This document shows, piece by piece, positions 1 through 12,758 of a stretch of 64,000 nucleotides of DNA. The position numbers and the translations under genes are program-made. The DNA lies in contig CM022671.1 in the NCBI GenBank assembly GCA_012295275.1, forward strand, positions 8,308,001 to 8,372,000, in the 5' to 3' direction. The notes beneath the pieces are model-generated. The model saw only the letters and a list, made by a program, of their open reading frames with translations, ran no database searches and was not told the origin of the DNA. Numbering within the stretch: position 1 is the stretch's first letter; each line of letters opens with the position of its first letter. The stretch is from Chrysomallon squamiferum (taxonomy: Eukaryota > Animalia > Mollusca).

Positions 1-1136
1 CGTTATGACTGCTTTAATTATCAATAATACACGAACCTTTAAAGCGAGCAAGTCGTTAATCAACTATGAACAGTGCTCAAATGTCCTTGCCGGCAATTTC
101 CGAGGCCGTTGGACAATTTCCACGTGGTTTAATGTTCGTGGGAGTTGAAGTGATTATTAGGTGACGTTCGGTATCTCTCGTTTTCTGTCTAAAAGTGAAA
201 CCGACATGAGCTCGTGCTTGATCGTCTGCTGTTGAGTTTATTTGAAGTTCATCACTGTAATCAACCGAAGAGTACAAAAACAGACGTCATTATTTTTCTA
301 TCCAGATATGCAACAGAACAAATTATTGAACAAAATATCACATAAATTATCTGTCGTGTTCTAAATCTTAAATGTTGCTTATTTTTTTGATTCATTTGCT
401 ATGACTTAAAAGTTGCAGGTTACTTTTGTAAGTTTTAAGGTTAACAATGGGAAATAAATATTAGACTGGTTTTTCTTCTCCTTCATGAATCATCATCACC
501 CCCCCCCAAAAACGGACAGTTTTTAAAGTTATTTTATACCAAATATTAACTTCTTCTTTCTCGTCTTCAGCGTTTTACTTTTTTGATTTTATTATTGTTA
601 TGATTATTATTATTATTTTAAAACAGACGGAAGTGCTATTCTAATGGGGATGTCATGGGTCTAAAAATCCGTCATCCTTCCCTGAATATAATTGTTTTTT
701 ACCCTTCTATCGATTGTAATATTTCTTTATTAGATTTCGTGTGTTTTTGTAAAAAATTTAAATATATAAATATTTTTTTACCTGTTTACGTAAAATCCGC
801 TGTCAGAGCTGAAAATTTCAAAAAAAAAATATGTGATGTATTTTGTAACTAAGACAATATTTCTCTATCATCTAGAACACCATTGTCAATGGCAATTCAT
901 TTTATTGTCAGTTTTAGCTGGGAAAAAATCTCTGAAATTTGCTTTTTATGTGAAAGTTAAATGCGCATCTTTGTATGTAAATTATTTTTTTCCTTTGTGT
1001 TAATACGCTGCCATTTGTAAAAATTTGCGTGTTGGTGAATTATTTCTTTGTTTGTGTATAATGTATATATGGATGTATATATAAAACATACATATGCTTA
1101 TTTTTAGAGAGACAGAGAGGAAGCAATAGCCGAGAC

Positions 1137-1220
<84 letters not shown>

Positions 1221-2188
1221 CAGGGAAATGAGAAGAAAGAGAAAGAAGAAAGAGTAAAGAGTAGTTAGAAGAGAGAGAGAAAAAAAAAAAAAAGAGAAAA
1301 CAGAGAGCAGAGAGAAAGAGAAAGACAGTAAAAGGGAAAGAAAGAAAGAAAGTCAGAAGGAGAGATAATGAAAGACAGAAAAAGAGGCAGAGAGAGGGAA
1401 AGGAGAGACGGAGAGACACAAAAAGAAAATGGAAAAGAGAAAAAGTCACAGAAAAAAAAGGGGAGCGAGCTAGAGAGACAGACAGAGAGAAAGTTATAAC
1501 AGAGAAAGTTCTGAAGGAAAGAGACAGGTATAAAAAAAAGAAAAAAAAAGAGATTTTATAATTGAAACACTCTGTGTTTTTAAGGGTTTTGAAATATCTC
1601 TATCCACAGTATCAGTGTATTTGTCGTATTTTTTTTCTTGTCATCTCGAAACTACAAAATCAATACAACTCTCTTTAATGTCAGTAACAGTTTATTTGCT
1701 TCTAGACGTCTATGTAATTTAGATTTACTGTGATGATAGGGAGGCGAATCCTGTATACATCCCTCTGTGTTTATTATTAATATCATCGTTATCATTATTA
1801 TCATCATCAGTATCATTTTTATTAACGAAACTTTTTTCTATAAAATGTAAACCAATTTCATTTTGAAAGGCGTATCCACCAAATTATTTCCAAAATCTCG
1901 ATTATCGATGTAAATTCTTGACATAAACACATTAAAATATTTTTTATTTGTAGAATGTATTCAAATTTATGTAAAATTCTGATTTTTTAAATTAAATATT
2001 TGTGGGGAAGATTTTAATTTTAGGTACAATTATTCAGAAAGTAGCAGGTTAATATTACTTTTTTTTATATAAAAGAATTATTTTAATTTTGATAATTTCT
2101 GTATTTATAATTCTCATTAAACTACCGTATTAATTTTTGAAAAAAATTAGCTTTTTCACACACACACAAACATACACACATAAAAGTA

Positions 2189-2233
<45 letters not shown>

Positions 2234-2456
2234 GCATATTTAGAAAGCCGGACAGCCACAGTTGCTTCGCAAATTAAGTCCTTTGACAATATTGCAAAAA
2301 AAAACGGAAGTGTTTATGCAGACTGAGTTTAATTCTGGATACGCCCATGCACATACACCAAAAGACCACAGTTCTGTAATTTTTTAAATCCACTGGGATA
2401 TTTCCGACTGAGGCTATTACTAGAAACCATTGCACGAGCGTCTTTTTGGAGAACCT

Positions 2457-2894
2457 TGCAATACAGTCTGTACAAAGTTTTTTTGCTGTTTCTATACCTC
2501 CGAGAAGTGCTCTTTAAGAATCTGAATGGTGCCATTCTGTCATCCTTGGGCAATCCGCACAATATGCAAATTAAGGCCGCCATTACTGAAAATCTTGTTT
2601 TCGTCAATATCTCAGTAACTATGCATGGTATCAAAACAATTTTGGTGTCTATCCCCATGTTTTGAGAGGTAAAGAAACAGGTTAAGCCATTTCAGTCCAC
2701 ATCACCCCAATATTTTGTGCTGAATAGGCATATTAAGGCCGCCATTACTGAAAATCTCGTTTTCGTCAATATCTCAGTAACTACACATGGTATCAAAATA
2801 ATTTTGGTGTCTATACACATGTTTTTAGGGGTAAAGAATCAGATTAAACCATTACAGTATTGATCACACCAATATTTTCTTCAAAATATGCAAA
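2457..2894 (+). repeat. Left terminal inverted repeat (438 bp) with ~162-bp internal tandem subrepeats
   Basis: Reverse complement of 5064-5501 and the same length. Mirror ORFs 2456-2665(+)/5293-5502(-) and 2329-2658(-)/5300-5638(+) translate near-identically over their TIR-derived parts. The motif ATTAAGGCCGCCATTACTGAAAAT recurs at 2570 and 2732, and degenerately at ~2893. Confidence 0.95.
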
Positions 2895-3022
2895 TAAGGA
2901 CCGCCATTATTGATAATATCAGTAATAGCGGCCTGGTAAAAGCAGGCACTTCTCTGTTATTGAAGCGCCTGGTTCTGCCAGAGTGGCTCACATATATCTT
3001 CTCTTCCAGGTAGAGCTGAAAG

Positions 3023-4129
3023 ATGGAAGGGTGCTGCATCTTTTGTAAAGAAGATGGAAGCAAGAAGGAACTTAGCGTCGCAGGGACTGACAGGATACAG
3101 ACTATCATTGAATCAAGTAAACGGAGATTTGATGATCTCCATGAAGGTCTTGAAACTAGACTGTTGGCAGACAAAGATTTAGAGGTGCTTTGTCATAGAG
3201 ATTGTGTATCCACATATACATCCAAATCTCACATCAAGAGACACTTGAATAAACTGAGCGCATCAAAAGGTTCTGAAGAGTCATCTGCAGGAAAACGTCT
3301 GCGTCGGTCCGGATCGATAACCTTCAACTTCAGGCAACATTGGCTTTTCTGCGGTGAGGAATGCCTTGACATTGATCCTAAGCATCCGTATCGTTGGCGC
3401 AGGGTTGTTCTTTGTAAGACAGCGGACCGTGGTGAGGGGAGAAAGACTTTTAAGGAAACCCTTCCAGATGTCTGTAGATCTCGTCACGACGACTGGGGAC
3501 GCGAGGTAGAGACACGTTTGGCTGGGGCAGTGAGTGATCTGCATGCAGCAGATGGTAGATACCACACAGACTGTTACAAGAAGTTTTGTTCACCTCGGTC
3601 AGTGAAGTCAGCTTCAGCAGCATCTAGTAGTAGCCAAGAGGAGGTGGATGTGGCTTTTGAAACGACAGTCAGTGCAGTGAGAGCAGAATCATCGCGAGTG
3701 TGGAATTCCATCGAATTATACGACCTATACCAGTCCAATGGTGGAAGAGATATTAGCCGCCGAAACTTAGTCTCCAAGTTGTTAGGATACTTTGGTTCGG
3801 ATCTTCTTTTGCTGAATGGCACAGGTGTTGCTAGTCTGCTCTTGTTTCGAAGTAAAGCATCCAGTTTGTTGAGACTAGTGCCGAGCAGTGATGAAGATGA
3901 TGTTGAGATTGGACTGGAAAAGGTTGCTCACCAGATTGTGCGTGATGTAAAGGAATCATTAGTTGATGACAAGAACTATCATGCCAGAGTTGATATGGAC
4001 ATTACCCTTGACTGTGTCAGTTCCACTTTGTTATCCTTGCTATCAAAGCTTTCTACAAAGTTGGACCACACCTTACCAGCCGCTCTCATCGGGAACATTG
4101 TTACTAATAATCATACAGCAGATGGTTAA
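3023..4129 (+). pseudogene. N-terminal part of the transposon protein (Cys/His-rich, 368 aa ORF), truncated by an internal deletion
   Basis: Long complex ORF with CIFC, CHRDC..YT, H(W)LFCGE, DPKHP..W and DLHAADGRYHTDCY motifs, as recalled from invertebrate Academ-type proteins. It is preceded by a pyrimidine-rich acceptor-like TTCTCTTCCAG (~3009). Recognisable similarity ends at LIGNIVTN (~4108), shortly before the stop. Confidence 0.75.
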
Positions 4130-4982
4130 GGCAGCTGAAAGTGGCGTGAAAAGAATCAACATCGTATGTGAGGACAGAGACGTTTTCGTCCTCCTGCTGC
4201 ACTTCTACGCAAAGTTGAACCTGACCTGTCGTCTTACAATGGAAGGACCAAGTGCTGAACGAACTACTGTAGACATGGGGGCAACTGCAAGTGAACATGG
4301 ACACTTGCTTTCACAACTGCCAGCCGCCCATGGCCATCTCAGGCTGTGACACCGTGGCTCAGTGCTTCGGAGTAGGAAAAACACCGTCATCAAAGTCCTT
4401 AAGAGTGGTGTAGAACTGCTCAAATTGGGCGTATTATCTGAGGACATAGGTGACATCATTGAAGAAGCGACAACATTCATGGCTGCCTGCTACGGGGTCA
4501 AAAGCTTGGTGACATCGAACATGTCTGAGGTCCGTGGAGAAGTCTGGTCGCGAAGGATGGGTTGAAAAAATTTGACAAAGGCTCCAGAGCTTAAATCATT
4601 TCCACCTTCTAAAGAGGCATTCGAAGAGAACATAAAGCGGGCGCACATTCAGACTGCCATTTGGAAATTAGCTCTCAACTCAGAACCTCCAGCATTAGAT
4701 CCTGTCGAGTTCGGATGGGAACGTGACCAACGCAATAGATGCTTGATCCCAGTAACATTGCAACCAAACATTAGTGTTGCTCCACCGGAGGTGCTGGAAA
4801 TGATAAGGTGTGGTTGTGGTACGGATACACCCTGTTCGACAGCAATGTGTGGATGCTATACAGCTCACTTGCCATGCACAATGTTTTGTGGATGTCACGG
4901 AGAAGCACACTGCCGGAATGAGCACACCCGACGGGTTGATGACTGTGACAATGTTGTTGAAAGTGACTTGTTTGAGGACTGA
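4107..4982 (+). pseudogene. C-terminal part of the transposon protein: XPG/FEN-like nuclease remnant + CXC-like Cys finger, disrupted
   Basis: Reads IIQQMVKAAESGVKRINIVCEDRDVFVLL...LPAAH[A]ISGCDTVAQCFGVGK[N]TVIKVL...FPPSKEAFEENIKRAHIQTAIW...LDPVEFGW...APPEVLEMIRCGC..C..CGC..CTMFCGC..CRN. This needs a +1 indel at 4332, a -1 indel at 4377-4381 and read-through of TGA 4563-4565. D(T)DV and HAxxGCD..GxGK are hallmarks of the XPG-I/H3TH region. Confidence 0.8.
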
Positions 4983-5063
4983 CGCAGATCAGTAATGGCA
5001 ACATGCATCAGCATAAGTAAAGGGGATGTTCTGTAACGACTCGGATATACATTGAAGTTGATT

Positions 5064-5501
5064 TTTGCATATTTTGCAAAAAATATTGGTGTGATCAATA
5101 CTGTAATGGTTTAATCTGAATCTTTACCCCTAAAAACATGTGTATAGACACCAAAATTATTTTGATACCATGTGTAGTTACTGAAATATTGACGAAAACG
5201 AAATTTTCAGTAATGGCGGCCTTAATATGCCTATTCAGCACAAAATGTTGGGGTGATTTTGACTGAAATGGCTTAACCTGTTTCTTTACCCCTCAAAACA
5301 TGGGGATAGACACCAAAATTATTTTGATACCATGCATAGTTACTGAGATATTGACGAAAACAAGATTTTCAGTAATGGCGGCCTTAATTTGCATATTGTG
5401 CGGATTGCCCAAGGATGACAGAGTGGCATCATTCCGATTCTTAAAGAGCACATCTCGGAGGTATAGAAACAGCAAAAAAACTTTGTACGGACCGCAATGC
5501 A
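5064..5501 (-). repeat. Right terminal inverted repeat (438 bp)
   Basis: TTTGCATATTTTGC...CTTTGTACGGACCGCAATGCA pairs with the left arm TGCAATACAGTCTGTACAAAG...AATATGCAAA with scattered substitutions. Confidence 0.95.
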
Positions 5502-7136
5502 CGCTTATCGGTCCCTGCCACCGGACTATCTCTGCCTACAGGCAGGTGTACGCAGACGATTGCTTGTTGCTAACTCAAAAAAAAAAAAAGACTGGATCGT
5601 TTTTTGCAACCATTACAGTGATGACTAAATCGTGGTAAAAAATCTGTTGTGGGCGTCGTTAAATTGCTTCTTCTTAAACGAAGTGTCAAAAATCAGCGGT
5701 GAAAAGAAAATGAAATAATATAAATTTTTAAATATTTATTTTTGTAATATTAGTTATTAAAAAGAATGTTTATTTATTTATTTATCTGTCTAACTGTCTT
5801 TCTTTCTATCTATTGTTCAGTTCATCTCTCTCTCTATCTATCTATTTTTATTTTGTTTGTCTGTTAATCTATTTATTTAAGTGTCTGTTTTTCTGTTTAT
5901 TCTGTAGATTTATAATTTTATCGTGGTTTAAAAAGTAAAGATATGTATGATTACTGTCAAGATTCAGTAATCTAAATCACTGAATAATTTTATTTATATA
6001 TTTTCTACGTGAATTTCAGAGATTTACGACATGTTCCAAATGCATCATGTAATTTTGATATGGCGCACACACACATACAAAATAATAATAATAATAATAA
6101 AAAAAATAATAATAATAAAAAATGATAATAACAACATAAAAAAAATAAAAATAAAAATAAAAAATAAAAAATTAATAATAATAGGAATTAATAATAAAAA
6201 GAGTAAAAAAAACCCTGCTCGTAATAAAATAATAAATTTAGAATTATTAGAAACATAAGTACAGCTGTTGTTCAAACTGCTATCAAGGTAAAAGTAGCAT
6301 GTTTCAGTGATAAAATATACATGAACAAAAGCTTCTTCTTGTCTGAATTCAGCATGTAGGAATGTTAAATGGTAGGAGTAGATATGGTTGACTGAAGCTT
6401 AAAGATGATATAAATGAATATATTGATCATGTATAATTTTGCATGCGTCCAAGAATTATACATTACGCCGTAAATGTTTAATGCCATATGTATGTTGTTG
6501 TATGTCTGTGCGTGTGTGCGTGCGTGTGTGCGTGTGTGTGTGAATGTAAATTTTACATTATTTTATGTGCAATAGTGGTTGGATGCCTCTTTATAAAGTT
6601 TATACATCCAACAGGAATATATCAGTGTATGCGTGTAATATTATTAACTGATTTAAATAATTTTATTTATTTATTTATTTATTTATTTATCTATTTATTT
6701 CTTTTATATTTTTTATGTACTTTTATTTATTTTTTCATTTTTAATTTAATTTTATTCATTATTATTTTTTTGTTTTTGTATTTTGATTGAAATAAATTAA
6801 TTCTTCGAGAAATACTGTTACATAATATTTCTTAAAGACATAATTCGGCTTACTGACATATATAGAAATGTTTGTATGTTATTGTATTTTCGTGATTCGC
6901 CGACTGCGGCGAAAGTTCAAATTGTTAACACATAATATATATACATATATACATATAATTTATTTTTAAATTTTTTCTGTGCTGAAGATGATGTAGGTTT
7001 GTCAAAGGTCAATATTAAAGTTATGAAACTTTGAGTTATTTACGTTAAAACATTTTTAAATTAGGTTTCAAATATCTGTTATTATTTTATATGTTTAAAT
7101 TGTTATCAAGTCATCGTTTTATAATAGTTTAATAAG

Positions 7137-7189
<53 letters not shown>

Positions 7190-9448
7190 ACACACACACA
7201 CACACACGTAAGATAATGATTAGCATGCTGCTTAAAAATGCATTTCCACAGAAACAGGAAAAATCTTGATCCAAATAGTATTATATTTAAAATTAATCTC
7301 ATTTTACGCACGATTTTATCGAATTTGTTTTTCAGTGTCACTTACAAAAAAAATAAAACGACACTAATTTTAATGAACGACACAACTCTGTTATTTCACT
7401 TGTGTGAAGACATCGACCTTTTCGCATTCGCCGTTCTGTCGCCATTCTCACACCAAAGTGCGTTTGTCTCGCGTTTTCCTTGGTGTAAATTCCCTCTCTC
7501 TCTACAGCGCTCCTTTTTCGGCGACATCGCTGTAAGTTTTCTTATTACTTCGGTTAATTAAGGTTTGTATAAATCTTCACTTGACTCAAAGATCGATAGC
7601 CAGGAACTGAATCTGACATGCAAATGGCCCGAGAGAGGCTGTAAAAAGAATCCGAAGCATAACAAGCAATTTCCAGCTGAAATAGATCAGTCGTCGAAGG
7701 TCACAGTGTGTGTACCCAAGATGCCAGCGTCCTTCACAAGTCATTATTAGGTTTAAAATTACCAACATGACATTAATAAACATCGGTGCCTTTTTTTTTA
7801 TTAGGCTCATAATTGCAATAGATAGTTACCTTATTGTCATTTCAGCAGAGACGTGGTTTGAGACAAATACGTGTGTGTGTGTGGGTGGGGGTGTGGATGC
7901 ATGAATACGGGGGATAGTGAGTTGGTTACAGTACAAGAGGTTGTACGACTGAAACGGGACGTAAACCTGTTGAGTAGGTTTTCAAATATTCCTTTCGAGA
8001 ATAGTTAGAAAATTAAACTTTTTTTTAGACGTTCTCTGATATATTTAAACTTTATTATTTTAAAACACAGGTTGTATATATTATTATTATTATTATTATT
8101 GTTTTTAATGCCCTATTATACTGATTAATTAATTAATTTATTTATGTATGTATGTATTTAAAGTGTTGAAAAAGAAAACATTTAACATTTTTATCAGAAT
8201 TGTAATAATAGTTTGCTTTATCACAATACAAATTTGACCCCTAAAAACATAAATAAAATATACTTATAAAGTAAATTTTGTATTTCAGCGAGAATTGACC
8301 AGTTTAACACTAGATGAATATTTTGTTATTTATATCATTTTGTAACTTTTTTCTTTCTCAGTCCCCAACAGGATATACAGCAGACTTTGCAAATGTCTAC
8401 CCTTTAAAAAGAAAATCTGAGAAATATAATCACATACTCGTGACAGTTATATACATGCATTCACTTAGTGACTAGATTCAAGTGGCAGTCGTTCATGGTC
8501 TTATTCTTGTTTAGGAGAATTACGAGATTACGAAAACGTCTGTTGTCTGAAACTAAATACATAGAGTCCTCCTATGTACACAGTTTAACATACGCGTCTG
8601 AAACAAAGCAAGGGACAAAATTTCAGTTAATATCCTATGTCGCAGTTACGTTTTGGATGAAATGAAAAAAAAAAAAAAAAAAAAAACAAAGTGTGTACGC
8701 CATGACAGTACTATAATTCGTTATTGGTATTTTTGATTGTAAAACAAAATTTTTATCACGTTTTTATTTTTATTTTTTTTATTTTTTTAAATATATTTAT
8801 TTATATATTTATTTATTTTACTATATATTTAATTTTGTTTCTATTGTACAGTAAATTATATATTATAACATTATGACTCGTTATAGATACACTGCAGTAT
8901 ATTTTTGTCAGTTATGTGGTCAAAAATATGATGTGTCTGGAACGTTTATGCATTGTTAACATAAATTTCTTTTTATACTTCGTCGTAGTGTTTTCATGGC
9001 ATGCACTGACAAAACACATCGAGGACCCATTGTAACGAGTCTCGGTCATATAGTTTATATAAATTCACTGTATGACATCTCTCGCCGTTATAACCTCTAC
9101 TTACACCGTTAATCACTGTCTGCGTCGTTTCAAGATACCAGTAATCAGAAATCATTTTCTTCTTTTATATATTTCCAGATATTGTACTTAAATCTTAATA
9201 TGATCTGTGAATAAAACATTGCATAAAAATAATAACAAACCTTTCTTTCATTTTCACTATTGAGTTTTTTATAGGTAAAAAAATATAGTCACTGACTGAT
9301 GGATCAGACTTTTCACTGTTTGATTAAAAACAGTTTTAATATGGTTATTATTATTATTATATTTTATTACAAGTATTTACGCGTATGTGAAAGAAAGGTC
9401 TTGTCTACATTTTGTTCAAATTCGTCTTGATGCATTTTTATGAAATCT

Positions 9449-9509
<61 letters not shown>

Positions 9510-10706
9510 GTGTGTGTTTGTCTCTGTCTATATGTATGTCTCTCTCTCCCTCTGTGTGGTAGTGTGTGTCTCTGTCTATATGTATGTCTCTATCTCTCTC
9601 CCTCTGTGTGTGTGTGTGTGTCTCTGTCTCTATGTATGTCTCTATCTCTCTCTCTTTCTCTGTGTCTCTTTCGCTGTCTCTCTGTCTCTGCTAACATATT
9701 TTATTATATTTCTCCCAACTTCAGTTCGTTACATATTTCACTCTGTCACTTTATTACGTTTCTTTCTTTTTCCTCCCAGTGTCTATTATTCATTCTGCGT
9801 CTTGCTTTCTGGAAACTGTTGCGGTGACCAGTTTTATTTATTACATTTAGAAAAATAACCACGTGCGATTACCTCGCAGAATTGTAATATCGTTTTTTAT
9901 TTCTTCCGGATATTAAACTTTTCTCTGTTATCTGTCGCCTTAGCGCGCACAGTGAAACTCAATTTAAAAGACAAATTTTTCAAATCCTGCCTAGAATTTA
10001 CTTAATCTTTCTGAACCAAGAGTGTGCCTCGAGGGAAAAAAACAGAAAACATTGTCATCTTAAATATTTTTCGTTTGAGAGAACTCATAGATAATCGATA
10101 TGACTTTGTTATCGGTATTTTTTAAAAATTTTTTAATTTTTTTATTTATTCTTATTTAATCTCAGTATTTTAACTTAAGGAAAAAAAAAAAATAAATAAA
10201 AAATCATTTTTAGATTCAAACACTGAATTCTTGGCGACATAAATCTACGATCATTACAAAGGAATAATCTTTAATATACGAAATTAATTTGGCATGACAC
10301 AATTGTGTGTGTTCATTTGCATTGCACAGCAAGAGCACGGCAAGGTAACGAGGCATATAAAGTGATTTTAAACATTCGACTACGTCACAGCACGTGGAAG
10401 TGACTGGCAGACGTTCAGATTGCTCGAGCTGTGTGGAATAAGAAAACATTCCCGCAAGGACTGCTATGAAAAATAATCAACAACACGCAACGTCTTGGCA
10501 CGCAAACCTTCTAAAACGGTAAAAAAATCTGATTTCAGTTTTAAAAGCTTTGTGGGAAGATAATGTTTGACATTTTAACAGTTTCAGTTCGCTTCGTAGA
10601 ATTCCGTGTTAATTCGTTTTAAAACGTCTTATTGTTAATTTATGCATCAGTAAATTCGTAAGCATAATAGATATAAATATGTGTGTGTGTGTGTGATTTT
10701 GTGTAG

Positions 10707-10752
<46 letters not shown>

Positions 10753-10760
10753 CTATGTTT

Positions 10761-10867
10761 GTACGTATGTGTTAATGTATATTAATGTGTGTATTAATGT
10801 GTGTATGGATAGATGAATGAATGGATGTGCATGTATGGACGGATATATTTATGTTCATAGTATATAT
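10761..10867 (+). repeat. ~110-bp dispersed repeat, inverted copy of 18331-18439
   Basis: GGATAGATGAATGAATGGATGTGCATGTATGGACGGATATATTTATGTTCATAGTATATAT matches the reverse complement of the 18331-18439 segment with few substitutions. Confidence 0.85.
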
Positions 10868-12270
10868 ATGTATGTATGTATGTATGTACATATGTGTGTA
10901 TGTCTGTGTACATACATACATAAATATACATATTTCGCAGTTACGTTTTGGACACACGTATGTACACAGACATCCATACAGACATACAAACATACATACA
11001 TACATATATACTTACATTCATACATACATACAAACATAGATACATATATATATCTACACACACACACACACACGTGTATATTATATATGTATATGTATAT
11101 TTATGAATGTATGTACACACACAAAAATTCACACAAATACACACACAATCTATTTGACTTCCTGGAGGCAAGTGTTTTATTAAAGATGAATTTGGAGCAA
11201 GGTGCATAATTTCAAAAATATTTTACAAAGATATTCTACACAAATATTTTCAGATGCATATCATTTCCCTCTTCCTGTATTTATTTGTTCTGACGCTAAG
11301 AAACGTGTCTGGGTTTTCTTATCACACATCAGAACGGATATCAAAGCAGTTCGTGCCAAGAAAAGGATTCAAAATCTAATTTATTCGCGGCAGACATGGC
11401 GCCCCAGTCTCTCTGCCGAAATTGAGCTTATTACTGATAATTTGGAACCGAAAAACTTAGCAATGGGTGAAGATGGTCAGTTGCGTATTATTGCATGTGC
11501 ATGTACGTGCAGACAGTGCATATTTGAGCTGAAACTAAGAGTGTGTGTGTCTGGTTTTATAAAGTAAAGAAGACATGGTGTTAGAAGAGACAAAAAGGTT
11601 AAATTACGGGGCATTGCAGAGTTAAAGACTTGATAAGAAAATAATGAAATATCGTTATCATTTTTGTTTTTAATGAATAATAGATACATATTGTTATATA
11701 ATAAATAGATAGATAGATAAATAGATAGACAGATAGATACATAGACAGACAGATAAATAAATAAATATTTTGTATAAATAAATAAATAAAGATTGATAAT
11801 AAAATATGGATTATTGATCTACGTGCAAAATAAATAAAGAAAGAAATTTTCAACAAAATAAAACTGTATAACATTGTAAAAATAAAGAAATAAAGAAATA
11901 AATAACAAAATCTTGAACATTCAGAAACTTTATAAGACATACTTATTTACTTTTTAATAATATATTAGTAAGCTTTACGAAATAAGTCAGGGTTTAATAC
12001 ATTAAATCATCCAACATTTAGTGCAATACAATGATTCATTTTCAAGATAATAGTCACTATATTCTACGCTATTTCGTGTCTCAGATTAACGTTAAAACGA
12101 ATTTATGTTCTTGGATGACTGGTTTATTGTTATTATTTGTAATGACATTATTATTAATTTTGCAGACAAAATAAATTAGAAGTTGACCTCCTACTGACAC
12201 AAGGCTTCAAATATCTGTTATTACTTCATATGTATAAATTGTTATTAAGTCGTCGCTTTGTAATAGTGTA

Positions 12271-12318
<48 letters not shown>

Positions 12319-12357
12319 ATATGTGTGTGTGTGTGTGTGTCTCTGTCTCTCTATGTA

Positions 12358-12435
<78 letters not shown>

Positions 12436-12471
12436 ATGTGTGTGTGTGTGTGTCTGTCACTCTCTATGTAG

Positions 12472-12561
<90 letters not shown>

Positions 12562-12700
12562 CTGTCTTTCTTTGTGTGTTTGTGTATGCTGATGTTAATG
12601 TACACGTACGCCACATATTCCTCTGTCATTATTTTCAGTTAAATATAAAATTATGACGTATCGGCTCAATGAATGGCTTTACATTAATAATAATATTAAT

Positions 12701-12758
<58 letters not shown>

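Larger units (their letters stand above)
2457..5528 (+). mobile_element. Academ-like (XPG + Cys-finger type) DNA transposon, internally deleted and non-autonomous
   Basis: Seen: 438-bp inverted repeats at 2457-2894 and 5064-5501 enclosing a GC-richer coding region; the right side continues to ...CCACCGGACTA (5528). Knowledge: animal Academ elements encode transposase + XPG nuclease + Cys-rich finger and have long TIRs. The superfamily call is from motif recall, not a database search. The left outer terminus and a TSD are not resolved. Confidence 0.8.

Noticed and set aside
77-277. 66-aa ORF at the window start
   Set aside because: No recognisable homology or splice structure; may be a non-coding island.
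2329-2665. Paired small ORFs mirrored at 5293-5638
   Set aside because: They are translations of the TIRs; their similarity reflects the inverted repeat, not genes.
3281-5098. Minus-strand ORFs inside the transposon
   Set aside because: Antisense shadows of the plus-strand coding region with no recognisable motifs.
11202-11567. 121-aa ORF of ordinary composition
   Set aside because: Non-ATG start, no recognisable domain, and no supporting splice partners; cannot be supported without a search.
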